DNA of 62,214 nucleotides, counting the filler, from Sphacelaria rigidula (Eukaryota): assembly GCA_964200075.2 (NCBI GenBank). It is 7 parts of 7 records of this genome, joined end to end, with 100 filler letters (N's around TTAATTAATTAA, not from the genome) between each part and the next. Parts side by side here need not be neighbours in the genome. Positions count along the whole stretch, not along the records: positions 35,612 to 44,413 come from CAXNAA020010060.1; positions 44,514 to 53,314 come from CAXNAA020010061.1; 5 more parts are not named here. One strand, 5' to 3'. This document shows positions 36,176 to 49,544 of the stretch, one piece after another (within the stretch, counting starts at the first letter, position 1; every line of letters begins with the position of its first letter). Below the pieces are notes generated by a model. The model was given only the letters and a program-made list of their open reading frames with translations. It was not told the origin of the DNA and ran no database searches. The translations under genes and the position numbers were made by a program.

Positions 36176-37544
36176 ACGGTAGGTATTGACATCTCGAAAT
36201 ACCCTGGTATCGTAGGTATCGTAGGTATGACATTTCAAAATACCGAACTGGGTGGGTGCAGTAGGTATTGAAGTCTCGAAATACCCTGGTATCGCAGGTA
36301 TCGTAGGTATGGCATTTGAAAATACAGGATTGAACTGGTATCGGTAGGGTATGAGATGTCCCAAATACCGGTACCGGGAACTTACCTTACCTACGATGCC
36401 TGTGTAAAATTAGTTGTTTGTGATAGAAGTTGACTCGTACAGCACGAATTAATTATTGGCTGTGTTTTTCAGCGTTGCACTGCACCCCAGGTATGTGCGT
36501 GGAAAAGCGCAAATTTGCCTACTTGTAGAGACTTTTGTTGACCCGCGGTGAGTGTTGATTGTCATTTTCGAGCAATCAGGCCTCAGAAATCGTAGATTCG
36601 GTGATTTAAAACCAGCGATGATTTGTCTCAACCTTGCACTTATATGTGCGCTGAGAATCGCGCTAGGCCCTTTCCACACGGGTCTGTGCTTGTTGCCTGC
36701 ACACACGACTGTTCGTGAGAGCTCAATCAATTTGAAACGAGGCGAGCATCTGCGGAGACACAACCGCCAAAACAAAAAAGCGGCGTAACTCAGTTGTCGG
36801 AGACTAATTGCTTCGTAAACCGCTTGAGACTGAATTCGCACAGTCCGGATGTCGCTGGAAGGAAAAGCACGCCTTCGGCGTCCCCTACACCACCGAGGGA
36901 TGTTGACAGAGTACATTTGTTTCTCCTTCATTCCGAATATTAGCCCCGTCTCTCAAACCCGTTGTCACAGGCGTCGACTTTCCAGTAACGTCACTGCAAT
37001 TCCTTAGACGAGATAAGAGTGCCTATTGAGCCTCGACAACAACGATGCGAAGAAATCATTGGCGACCGAACTTGAAGCAGTTTTCACTGCACCAATCATC
37101 CTGTACATGAATGAATAATTGAAAGTTCTTTCCTAGCATCCAAATAAAAGCCACTCTTTCACTTGACGGGCACGTTCGCAGCTACCCCCTCCCCCCGCTA
37201 GGCTACCAGGTTACCGTTTCTTTTTGCGCGCTTGCGTTTCATACCATGATGGTGGTCGAGCTAGATCATATTATGCGGGGTGGGAGAATTTCAACTCCGC
37301 ACAGTGGAGATGATCGCACTACGTGTGCAAATGGCGAAACACCCATGAGGCAATGTGGAACCCGTGGCTGTCTCTGGAAGTGGCGATACCAGAAAATGAG
37401 GCAACCCATTGAAGGCTGTCATCCAACGCAAGATTATCAGTGCGCATCGGGACGAATACTCTCAGCAGGATGCAGCTCGCCCTTGCCGCGACTCGCCAAA
37501 CACATCACGGCGCTTCGAGCTTGGTGATTGATTGCGAGTCTCGT

Positions 37545-37730
37545 CCGGCGAAAACCCGGCGTGCTCCATCCCGGCTTTGCAGGGAGGCGAAGTCAATAGT
37601 CATATGACTGTGGCATGCAAGATCATGAGTGCCCCCCTCCCCTCCCCCCGCCTCTTTCCGTCTCGAAAGGGATGCGTGGTCAATGGTCAAACGACGAAGG
37701 CAAGCAACAAATGAGTACGCCCCCCCCCCT
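37545..37730 (+). mobile_element. Two stacked LINE/SINE 3' ends, each ending in a C-tract
   Basis: ...GCATGCAAGATCATGAGTG-CCCC followed by ...GGCAAGCAACAAATGAGTACG-CCCC. Confidence 0.75.
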
Positions 37731-38257
37731 ATTTCCCCACCTCCGACGAAAAAACAACACCCTGTAATTTTGCCTCCATGCGACACCTCTGGATTTTCGA
37801 AAATAACCAACGCATCAAAAACTCCTATACCTGAATATCTTCATTCATTTTTTGATACGCAAAAACGTGCATAGGAAAGTAACACGAAGGCGACGGGCGG
37901 AGGGGAACACACGACACGTGCGGTGTTTTCGACGGCATCCCGGCGAACTGAAGCTCAGGGGTCACCATTGCCTTTGACTGTTTCTTTATTCTTCTTCAGC
38001 AAGTGTTTCAGTCTTGTTCTAATCTCGGGTACATCCATCACGTGACCACGGCTAGATAATAGGTGGATCAGTAATAGTGCGACAATCAATCAACCAATCC
38101 ACCCACCAAATGACTTCAGCAGGGGTGACTGACCCCGTAAAAACAGGGTGAGCATGAGAGGCGCGGAGGGTGAGTGCGGGGTGCCAACAATCAAGTGCCA
38201 AGATCAACATCAACAGTAACATCAACGATAAGAAGGCGTTTGCGCGTTTTCTCTCAC

Positions 38258-41200
38258 CGGTCGTGCATCTCGACCAGCTGATACTGGGTCATGTCCAGAC
38301 TGTCCCTTAGCTTTCGCGCCGCCTTGAAGGTCTTCTTGAAGTCGTACACCAGCTGGCAGGCCGCGCCGCGAGGGGGGCCCTTTTTACTCTTCTTATCGTC
38401 CTTTTTTGCCGTCAAACACAAGACAACACCAAGAGGCACAATTCCGCCCGACGGCACGGCATGAAGAGGGTGTGTTTTATAGAATGACGATTTTCTAGCT
38501 CGACTTCTCAAACCCGTGGTGAGAGTATACAAACATACCATTAATACCCAGAAGACCGTCTTGTATGGCAACCAATCCGTATTTGTACAAATATGAGGAT
38601 TTCAGCCCGTCTTCATCCGATTTCCCCCTGGATTGATTGATGGGGATGGGCAATGCTTTCCGCCTAACTCTGAGGAAACCAAACCAATTCTCCGATTCTG
38701 TGGACGCTGACTTTTGGTTCATCACCTTTCTGCTCAGATCGGGAGACTTCCGCATCTCCCTCGATTTGAGCCCCAGATTCGGGGGGGATGTGGGAGTCTC
38801 CCGATCTGAGCAGAAAGGTGATGAACCCAAAGTCAGCGTCCAGATGATCGGAGAATTGGTCTGGTTTCCTCAGAGCTAGGTGGAGAACATTGCCCAACGA
38901 ACTGGGGTCCGAAAAATCAGTCCAGGGGAGAAAATTGGATTAAGACGGACTCAAATCCTCATATTTGTACGAATACGGATTGGTTGCCATACAAGACGGT
39001 CCAAGCCAGAGGCAAACGGAGAAAGACCGACGGCACGGCATGAAGAGGATACGTTTTATAGACCGATGATTTTGTTAGCCCGACTCCTCAAACCCGTGGT
39101 CAGAATGTACGGAGCATACCATCCATACCCATAAACCAGAGGCAACGGAGAATGGCCACAAGCAAAAACTCCAAACAACAAATGAGGGACCTATGCTGCG
39201 GATAATCTGTGCAACGCCGATCAAACTAAAAGAAACCTACTGGGAACAAAAACAGTCCCGGCGCGCAACCCCTCTGACTACCTTGTCACGCAGAGGTGTG
39301 TCTACATAGTGTAGCTACAGGGGATGCGGTGATGCAAACGTCAAACGGAACAATAACCAACCCCGACGATTATGGACGTGTACGCGATAAAGCCCCCCTT
39401 TCCGTTAAAAAAAACAAAAACACTGCTAAAACAACGACAGCAACAACAAAAAAACAATTGTAACCACAACAAACCATTGATCTCCGCCCGACGTGATTCA
39501 AGCGGTTGTACAACGCTGTGAAGAGAGCTAGATACATGGAGCACAATGAACAACACTAGCACCACGAAGAACGTATTAGGTCACTTGTGCGGCTGATGCC
39601 TACGGAGACATTCACGTTGCTGTTTTGAAGGCGCTCTCCGGTCGAGAATAAATATACTCGGTTCCATCTCTAGCAAATTGCAGGGAGTCAGGAGTAAAAA
39701 TGGTGCAAGGTACGAAACGTGATAGGCACTCAAATGTTGGAGGCGACTCAACTAGCAGAAGGAGCAGTGCTCCGTCTCGAAAGGGATGCGTGGTCAATGG
39801 TCAAGCGACTACGGCAAGCAACAAATGAGTACGCTCCCCCCCCCCCGCGCCCTCCCTCCTACAGAGTTGTCGTTTTGATCCTGCTCCATCTCGCTACTCT
39901 TACCCCCCCCCCCATGATCCTGTAAGGGGGAAGAGGAGGAGATACAACCTCGAGTAATTGAAACACAAAGCATATACCAAGACAAAGCAGAGTCGTCAAA
40001 TGTGAATCCACAAGTTCATGTCTTCAGAGTGACTACACACATAACACAGGCAAACGTTCTTCCACACACCAGGTGATGTCTGGAGGAAACAACAGGAAAC
40101 AGAACGAACATGACCTCGTGAGTAAAAACAGAGGTCGCATCCAAAAATACAGAAAAATCACGCAGATATAAACCGACAAGCTCAGGCATTACAACTCTGA
40201 AAAAAAAAGGGGGGACACGACCATACTGTGGGGGGAGATACAAGATGTCCAACATTGGGCCACCAGGGTGAGCCACCTGTTTAATCGACACCACCTTTAC
40301 TTGAAAAATGACCCCAAGATCCTAGGACCCACATGACATCGGACCCACATGACCTACCCTCTGGTGGTCAAACGGCAAGTGAATCAACAAGCCATGTATC
40401 TCAAACACACAACAACAAAAAATACAAAAGACACGAGACATCAAGGGCTAGTAGCGACGATACTGGAAAGGCCAGCCAACGTCTGAGACTATGAGGTCGA
40501 GATATCGGGCTAATGCGCGTGAATAAAAGGGAAAAAAACTGGTGGAAGTACGCGAAGATACAAACCCAACGACGAAGAGAGCACAACACACAAACTAAAA
40601 CCTTGCGTCATTCGCACCTTAGAACCCTTTTTTTTGTCGCCCTTATCCTTACTACTCTTCTTAGAGCTTCCCTTGTCCTCCGCCGCTGCCGCCTCTCTCT
40701 GAGCTTCCTCCTCCGCCGCCTGGACGTACGTAGGGAACGCCTCGATCTCCCACAGCACGTCGAAAGCCGTCTTTGGATCGTTGTTTTTCAACGCGTCCGC
40801 CAAGATCTGAGCACACAGTAAACATTCCGAAAATTCGGGCACACAACGACATCCCCGGGGAGCGTTCTTGTCTTTCTTACAGTACTTTGAGGAGTGGATG
40901 GGTGTGGCAGATATTCCTCCGTATGGTGTGCCGAAGCTTCCTGCTTTCGAAGTCTGACAACGCAGCGTTTTTGCGTATGAATATGAGGAAACACACAGAC
41001 ACACACACGCACCTCGAGCATCTGATTGAGTCTCCCCAGCTTAGTCTCAAGCTTCATGCCGTAAAGCATACTTCGTTCTTTCATCTTCAGAACGTTTCCC
41101 AGTTTTTCCAGATCCCTCTCGATGGTCTCCTGCGCTCGCCACCACCCCCACGATTCCACGCACGACGAGAGACACGTGAAACGCGAGACCGGCCATATCG

Positions 41201-42788
41201 TTCAATCTCATGCGTCTCCCGATTTACTTCACATCAATTCAATGCACCCCACAGTAAAATCTACAAGAACTGATGTGCAATGACTCGTGCGACTCGTTGG
41301 CGAGGGAACACACACAGATGCGCTGTCAAGTAAGTCGTCAGGATAACTGTGTTCGTTGTCTACTCCCCATTGTTCATTCGTGGGTATGTTGATCATAGTT
41401 TTTTTCACGGTTAGGACGAATCATCACGACTATGAATCGCCAAATCCAGATTTCTTCGTCCTGATTGCCCGAAAGGGAGAGAAAAATTGACCGCTGGTCC
41501 AAGGGGTATCCACGCAACTGTTGCGCCATTCCACTGTCTGGCTGAGGGTACCTGGGTTGCAACACTGAAGACAAAGCCTAGGAATTGATTCGTACGAGTC
41601 GAATCAATCATACTAAAACCAAGTAATTTTCAGACGAATCATTATTTGTCCGACCCTTGGTTTTCTTGACTGACAAATCACCCCCCAATAACAATCGTGG
41701 CCGTTACAGCAAGGGCAAGAATGTGTGGGTTATGGGTACGAGAACGTATGGATCATGACCACAACCAGCACAAACGCGAAAAGACTGCTTGATATGTGAA
41801 TAAAAGGGCCCCGCATCGGAAAGCCACGGCACCAGGGCCCCCCATGTCGCAAAAAACTTATTTGGGGGCAGTACGATGGGTGGGGGTGGGGTGTACCCCC
41901 CTGACCGATAGATGATGGCGATAGTAGTGAAGTACTTTGAAAATACTACCGTACAAGGACAGGCTGTACTTTGCGAACACACCACGTATTATACCGCCAT
42001 TAGTAGATAAATCGGGAGGCAGCTTCGCATTTCACCGCGGTGTTGTCGGTTTTGTCTGTAAGATTGGAGGACACTTTGCATATGGTGCACAAAGATGAAG
42101 AGGACATGGCACAAAGACTGAAGGCACAAGCCCCTGAAAAAATGCGGTAGCTGGTATACATTGCAGTTGAGATGCAGATTGACGGCTCGAACGGTGGTCA
42201 GTTCAACAACAGTACAGCACAGCAAAAATGCACATAACAGAGTATAATGTATTTACAAAGTACTACACTGCTGCTGTATATCGTATGAGGAGAGGCTGTA
42301 CTTTTGCAAGAACCCGTGACGCTCTCAAACTCAAAAAACGTGGGCGCTCGAATTAAAAAACTGGCTGACATCGGTCATGATAAAAGATGTGGCGGCTAGA
42401 TACTCCATCATTATCCAGCGATTACCGCGACCCAAGAGTCATTATCCAGCCTACAAATTTGCTCCTCTGTGACCACAAGACACCTCAAAAGTTCTTGGTT
42501 TTAAGTTGCTGACGTCGAGGCAAACCCTGGGTGATGAAAATAATCATTTCATTCCGTATACTTATCAAGGAACAGGAAGAGGAAGGTTTTTGCAAAATTG
42601 ATGTAGCCATCTCCTTATTCTCGACCGCTTGGGACGGGGGGGGGGGGGGGGCTGGGGCCGTAATTTCCCGATGGGGGGCCCCCTCTGGGGGAACACGAAA
42701 AAAAAAAACCCTGGGNNNNNNNNNNGCAGAGCGTGAGGGGAGAGGCGGTGGGGGGGTTTTGGTGGAATGGGGTGGGGGCCGTCGGCGT

Positions 42789-42826
<38 letters not shown>

Positions 42827-44203
42827 GGTGCCGTAATTTCCCGATGCGGGGCCCCCTCGTGTGGATCACGAATACAAAAACCTCTGGGGAATGACCAGAA
42901 TTAGCAAGAAACGACAAAGAGGACAATGAGCAGGAGGTTCGTGGAAGAGATCCAACGACAACCACAAAAACCACACATCAACAACCACAGCAGCAGCAGC
43001 AACAACAGCAACAAAGGCGAAAATCACAGCAACAAGCAGCATGCCGGAATATTTCCTCCACTCGAGAAGAAAGGACGTTTTCATGATGTCACATGGGCAT
43101 CCTCTCTCACTTGGGACACATTCTTGTTCCATGATTTTCAAATGCAGAAGCACTCCTGTCGGAGGTATCTCAAACTCGGGGTTCTCGGGATTTTGACATT
43201 GAAATACTGTGAAATATACCAGGAACCCTGAGTTGCAGATACTTCTACTTGGTCTCAATGAGAAGCAATGCATATACCACCGGATTTCAGGATCTCTTCA
43301 AGCCGCATGCGGTGGGAGAAACCAGCCCTGCCATCGTTATCATAATCATGACCCTCACTGACCTCGCTCCGCTTTTTGGCTTGTTCCGCTTGGATGGCCT
43401 CCTTCTTGCCCACCTTCGCTCCCGCACCCCCCGACTTCTTACCACCCCCGCCTCCCTTCCCTGACCCCCCCTTACCGGCCTTAGCGGCCGCCTTAGCGCT
43501 TTCCTTGGATTTTTGCGCTTCCTCAGCTTCTTCTTCTTTAGCCTGGGTTGTTGGCCATTGTTTTTTTTCGGAGGTTTGGGTGAGATTTGGTGTAAATTGA
43601 CCCTTGTGGGACCGGGTCTCCACAACGACCAATGAGGCTGGCTAGGAGTAACATGTCTGGCGTCTGCACGAAACAGTGGCGTGTTGCTGAAACTCCGCAC
43701 GTGTAACCGCAGGGTTATGAGGAAAACCAAAAGTTCCATCCTATCTATTTTCAGGTGCAGCGGTATTGTACATTTGATGTAGCAAGCAGTATGGGTCGCG
43801 GTAGAAACTTTCCAACAGGATGCGGCGATCGGCGGGTCGCTCGCCACTTGTGGCTTTGATGATATTATTGTCCCCATCACCTTGCCACACAGCCCTTCGT
43901 GGTCGGGGTGGGCCTTGATTTCCCCCTTCTGTTGCATGCGGTAAATTCTCTTCGAAGGATATCGGCGTTGCGGCGCGCATCATACGACAGTATAGTATAG
44001 TACGTCTCTCTGACTGCAGCAGCAGCTGTCGCTGCATACTCCCTTGCACGTTCTGGGCCATTCTCAGCTACCGAGATCAACTGCCTATATACCGCTTCTA
44101 TATCCCCGCCCACTACATCCATGTTAACTGCACACTGGAAGTCATCGGCAGAGGGATAAGCAGGAGTCATGACGGTAGCTCCTTTTGTCTTTCCACGGCA
44201 CAC
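38258..44203 (-). CDS. Partial gene, Lys/Glu-rich region; probable N-terminal part of a DDX60/Ski2-like DEAD/DEAH helicase
   Basis: Phase-consistent exons 44203-44015, possibly 43928-43881, 43542-43363, 41129-41013, 40806-40618 and 38400-38258, ending LDMTQYQLVEMHDR. The exon structure is well supported. The helicase call is inferred from recalled similarity to the FQL--M--- segment that precedes the Q-motif in DDX60-like proteins; no helicase motif lies in this contig. Confidence 0.6.
38554..39001. mobile_element. Foldback MITE, about 448-bp palindrome, in an intron
   Basis: GACCGTCTTGTATGGCAACCAATCCGTATT...AATACGGATTGGTTGCCATACAAGACGGTC, with arms pairing almost to the centre (about 38772). 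A related terminus GCCATACAAAGTGGTC is at 18890-18905. Confidence 0.9.
39690..39846 (+). mobile_element. LINE 3'-end fragment with C-tract
   Basis: GTGCTCCGTCTCGAAAGGGATGCGTGGTCAATGGTCAAGCGACTACGGCAAGCAACAAATGAGTACGCT followed by poly(C). Confidence 0.75.
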
Positions 44204-45324
44204 CTGGGTCTAGTGCCTCATGAAAATGACCACATGGTAGCATGAACACTCCGTCCCGGTTTTTCCGGGTCCACCTGTGTTAGTGTAATTACCACGTTTT
44301 AGTGAAGAATTTCGACTCAACCCCCCCCCCCCCCCCCCCCCGCCACCCACCCCCCCCTCACGACCCGGCCGCGGGAGTAAGCCCACAAACGACACAGAAA
44401 CCAACAGCAAAACNNNNNNNNNNNNNNNNNNNNNNNNNNNNNNNNNNNNNNNNNNNNTTAATTAATTAANNNNNNNNNNNNNNNNNNNNNNNNNNNNNNN
44501 NNNNNNNNNNNNNGGGGGGGGGGACGGCCGGGGTTCCCGGCGGCACGGGGGGGGGGGGGGGGGGGGTTATGCGAAGCTCAAGCACATGAATTCCAAGCGT
44601 GTGACGTGGAAATATGTCGCTGCCCTAGAGCAAAAGATATGTGCCGCCACATTCTTCCTTTTGTTCGCACTTTGAACCCCACCTCCTCCTCGGGACGAGT
44701 ACGTGGTCTCACGGGATCAACCCTTCTCTCCCCGGAACACGCCTTGCATGTTGGTGTCGCGGATTGGATCATGACCATCAGCACTCCCGCACTGCGTCAA
44801 CTCACGTCAAACAAACTCAGTCCACCACTTTGTTTACTCACATTCTCACGCTTTCCACGGTGGAAAGCAGATACTTTGAAGAAAAAATCCAACACATCGG
44901 GAATCGAACCCTCGTTCTCTCCACTCTAACGGCGATAGTAGGACCATTACACCACCGGGGCGCGGCTGCTGAGTGCAATACTGACACTCCGTGTGATCCG
45001 TGTGATACTGCGCGCTGCTTGCTAAATATGTACCCCGCAGGGATGAAGTGAGAATCGGACGAACGCCGCGGCAGCAGCTTATATGCTACAGAGAATTTTT
45101 TCGGTAACCATCCATGTGTTTCATGTTTGCAACAGTACCCTGCTTCTTGAGTTTTCTGTACTGCCAAAGAAAATCTGAAAGCCCCCAGTGCAACAGTAGT
45201 ATATGTGATCGATTTGCCTCCCGGCACGAGCTCCGCCATGACTTCATCAACCCCCTTACCCACAAGATAGACATGGACCCTGATTCATTTCATCGCTTTC
45301 GTTCCTACCCCTTCTCCTGTAGGA

Positions 45325-46125
45325 GAGGGGCGGGAGGGGGGGATGTACTCATGATCATGCATGCCATAGTCATCAGACCATTGACCTCGCGTCCCTACAA
45401 AGCCGGGACGGAGCACGCCGGGTTTTCGCCGGACCAGGTACTCATTTTTTTCTTGCATTTGTCATCTGACCGTTGACCACGCATCCCTTTCGAGAAGAAG
45501 CACGGTTCCTACTATAAGAGAAGGGGAGAGGGGGAGGGGGAAGTGATGCGTACTCATTGGTTGTATGCCTTGGTCATCTGACCATTGACCACGCATCCCT
45601 TTCGAGACGGAGGACCATTCCTATTCCTAATAGAGACCTCCAATATTTGGGCGCTCATTACGTTTTTCCCGTACATCACACAAAGCCTTCGACATATCTT
45701 ATCCCATTTCTGTTTCGCCGTCTTTGGCCACCATCCATTTCCTAGTATAGAGATCGTTCCCTCGCTACGATCCATCAAACGATTTCATGCCACCCTCGTC
45801 CACTTCCCACGTTTCCCCCTCCACGTCTCGTTCCTCCTCGTACGGTTGACACTCTGCCACAATATGAGTTCTACTCTATTACTTTGCCACAGCGTCGAGT
45901 CTGTGCATCTATTTCCTCCTCCAGCCGACTGCTGGTACACTTTCCTCGTCTTTCCGACAGGTTCAGGTCCCCCACCCGAAATCGCTATAACAACTTTTTC
46001 GCTCAATCCATCGGGAGGTGCATATTTGCTTTCATCGCTATCCTCTCTCTCAACCTCCCGTATATCGTCAGGTGCTCCTCCTTGTCTACTTTACGTCTTA
46101 GCGCTTGTTTTCCCCTTACTTTTGT
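45325..46125 (-). mobile_element. Stack of three LINE/SINE 3' ends, the largest carrying the CCHC-finger region
   Basis: 45550-46125 is the reverse complement of the 1270-1830 LINE (KVDKEEHLTIYGRL). Shorter ends at 45438-45510 and 45335-45437. G-rich tracts flank the 45335 and 45550 ends. Confidence 0.8.
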
Positions 46126-49100
46126 CTGGAGGGGGAGGGGGGGATTGGGCTGCGCAAGGGGATAGGCAAGGAGGAATTCGGTGGAGCTGGTGTTGGGGCA
46201 GCATGTCGCAATGACATGGTGTAAGAAACGGGAGCAGCATCCAAGATCAGGAGTTGAGCGCTGCGCGAAGCGTGGGGAGTAGCACAAATCCGCTACTTGG
46301 TTCTCCTAGTGAGAAGTACTCGCCTATCGAAATTGAAATCGCGGGCGTATGGGTGGAGGAAAGGCGTGCATAACCAAGCGATAATCTCATGTTTCACTAC
46401 AGGGCTCTCGAGGAGGTTTCGCTGAAGAGGTTCCGACGAGCGGAAACATTTGGTAGCTAAGCGTGCCCTGCTTTGCTTCCAACCGCGCGCCATTGGCTAC
46501 ATTGTTCGATGCCTAGGAAGAGTGAGCCCGTCAGCTTCTGAAGTGGTGGCATTTTACTCGGAGCAGAGCGCAGCTGGGGGCGCTTGTGATACACTACTCC
46601 ATGCAATAACGGCTGAAAAACAGTATGCCCCGCTGCTCTCTAGATACAATTCAACTTTCAGCGCACGAGAGAGCTGAATGTACACAGGCGAGCTCGGCGG
46701 CGCTGCAGTAGACCTCTAGCCGTCCAACTGCGCCTGTTGCGAAGGGGCAGCAAACACGAAACTATATACAATGGAGAGCCCCCCAACTGCTCTTAGATAC
46801 GACATCAAGCACAATGAGGGTGCTTTAACTCACCAATACCCATCTGCGTATATTGTAGCCGGCAACCGTACGGACGGTTGCGTTTGGCGCAGACGTAGAC
46901 TGCAGACGACAAGGGCTGCGATACAGTAAGACTACCAACGATGTCCTATCTACACAAAGTTTAGAGCTCGGAAATGAAATGGTTTGTCCAACCATTGACC
47001 AGTTAAATGGTTACGCGTAGCGCAACCATAAATCAGTCAAATTGTACATAATAGCTTGGTCATCAAAAAGCCTCCCCCGCCGGAGGCACTCCTGGAGAGC
47101 CCCGCTGGAGGCGCCGTGTCGGAGGCACGTTTTTGTGCTATTTAGCTTCACTAGAGCTAAAAAATACATTTATTTTGAGACAATTTCCAAGGGCTGTATG
47201 CAGCATACATAGCCGGTAACGGCTTATAAAGCCGGTAATGGTAAATAATGACTTAAAACCATTATTCATTTTTTTTCAAATAACAATTACCATTAGTACC
47301 ATCATCATGACGATGCCCAGTTATAACTGATACCATTTCCGAGCTCTAGCAAATTTCCTTCTATCTTCCCAAAACAATCCGACGCTGATGCTTTCAAGCA
47401 TCTTCTTCGGTGGCATTTCGAGGCAGTCGCGTGGGAGGGATCCAAGGATCCGGCGAATAACGATTCGTCTGAAAATTACTTGCCTTGAGAGTGAATGGTG
47501 TATACCGTACAAATGAATCCTCTGGCTCTTTTTTCTAGCATTGCACCCCAGGCTAAGGTACACACGGCCCAGGTACGTGGGGTACCGCGAAAATCGCGTG
47601 GACACGTGTTTGAACCACGGTCAACTTTTTCCCATATTTCGAGCAACCGGCCTTCAGAAATCGTACATTTGGCGATTCAAACCAGCGATGGTTCGTCCCA
47701 CCCTTGCAGGAAGCATACCTGGAGGCCCGACCAGAAGCCCCGAAGCCAAACTTGACGTGGTCCTCCCGCTGCAACACTAGCATGGGTGTGGCATCGTGCT
47801 CGCTAACCCACTCTACCGCCTGTGTTTGCGATGAAGAGACGACAAAATGATCAAGGCGTTGCATATTACTGTAAAAGGAAAATGGCAACTCCGGTCATAT
47901 CAGATGTTTTTCGAACGACATATACTGGTTCTCGTTGCAGCACCCAAGTGATATTCTTGCACAACACCCAAAACTTAATACCTCATGACAGTCAACAATA
48001 CCAGGAGCACTGCCTCGCGGCGGTTTTGATGGCAATCCCGAAAGTATAGGCTGGTTCTACTTGAAAATCAAAAGCTTCTACGGCGATTGCGCAAACTTCG
48101 AGGAGAAGTGCACATTGCGAATTTTGAAGGGTCAACTACACTGAAAAATGTAGTCATTACTCTATCGGAGTTATGTCTGCTTGGCGGGATTTCCGGACAA
48201 GATGTTCGCTCCGAGCTCCGGAGTAGAATAAACCTGCAAAAAAAAAAACATGGCGACAATGATGACCTTGAAACCCTTCATGAACACTTGCCTTCAACGT
48301 TTCAGGTCCCAACTCTTGAACCCCGTAAAATGAAACCAACATGTGTACATTTTTCGAGGGCTTGGAAATCACATACACATGGTTGGATATATCTTGCACC
48401 CCATATATCTTTCAACCGTGACGTTTGGCCGACGACAAGTTCAAAGCTGAAACAGGCCGCGTTTTTACTCGCTCTACAATAGATGGATGTTAACTACACG
48501 CCCACCAATGTTCAGCGCAATCGGGTACGAGTCCGGGTATCTTCGTTCTTGAGCTAAAGCCCTGATCAACGGGTACCACCAGCAGGTCGTACTCGATGTC
48601 CCAGGATAATGTGACATGATGAAAAAAAACGCTTCCACGACCGATCGGAACGCGCCGCGCACTCCAGCTAGGCTACTAATACGGATACAGAAAACCTACG
48701 TTGTTGTGATACGTTTTGCCACTGGTTGTCCTAGATCCGCCGGAGACGCTTATCTAGGAGAAGTAGTGGGACCAGCCTGTATGGAGCTATAGGTTACGCA
48801 GAACAGAGGCGGGGCCACACGAAATGTGGACGAATTTGCGGGGGCTAGATACGTCGTACGGCGAGAATCTTTCGAGAAAGTGCACGCTGCTATGGAACCT
48901 TCGGCAACTATGCGTGTGACAAGATAAAATAAGAATGGACTGCGCTGGAGTCACGACATGACGGAACGTCAAGAAATGTGAAACTTCAATTGATTGACGG
49001 ATTGGTTGGTTCGTCGGTTGATTGTTTGTCGCTCATTAGCTGACCCTCAAGCAATTTACGGGCTGGGTCAGCCGTTAAAGGTACAGACGCGCATCAAACA

Positions 49101-49544
49101 ACAACTTATCAAAGTGTCCCGAATCAGCCCGATGTAATCATATCGCTGTGAACTGCAGACCAACCTGGTCATGCGTGCTCTGTCGCTGAGAAAAAAAAAA
49201 AAAAAGTACTGCATGATACAGCATGTAAACGACGGCACCAGATTATCCGGAAAAAAAAGGATATGTCGGGATTCAAACTCGTCTCCTCCGAAACTGAGGT
49301 CTCTCCATCACTTGGATTACCGGAGCGCAGCGGTATCACACAAGAAGTGCCATGCTGGGCCCAACTTCAGGAGTGTTTAGCCAAAATTTCAACAGGATGT
49401 CCTACGCGCGAGTACCCGCACCATCTCCGGGGATGCCGCCCTTGTTGTGGTATTTTCACGGAGTGGTATTTTCACGGAGTCATGATATTTCTCCAACTTT
49501 TGCTGAAATTTCAAAGCGCTCTGATTTCCTTCCTTTTCTCCATA

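Noticed and set aside
10878..44203. Functional clusters such as UPF2 with a helicase (RNA decay) or RPN1 with PIG-P (ER glycosylation)
   Set aside because: The genes are on different concatenated contigs, so their adjacency is artificial.
44892..44961. tRNA gene on the minus strand
   Set aside because: A and B boxes are present but the acceptor stem does not pair. Treated as SINE-like. The same applies to 25742, 29050 and 35817.
44683..45280. Two possible minus-strand exons (VHVYLVGKGVDEVMAELVPG and AGVLMVMIQSATPTCKAC...EEE)
   Set aside because: Splice phases are unresolved and no family is recognised; too weak to list.
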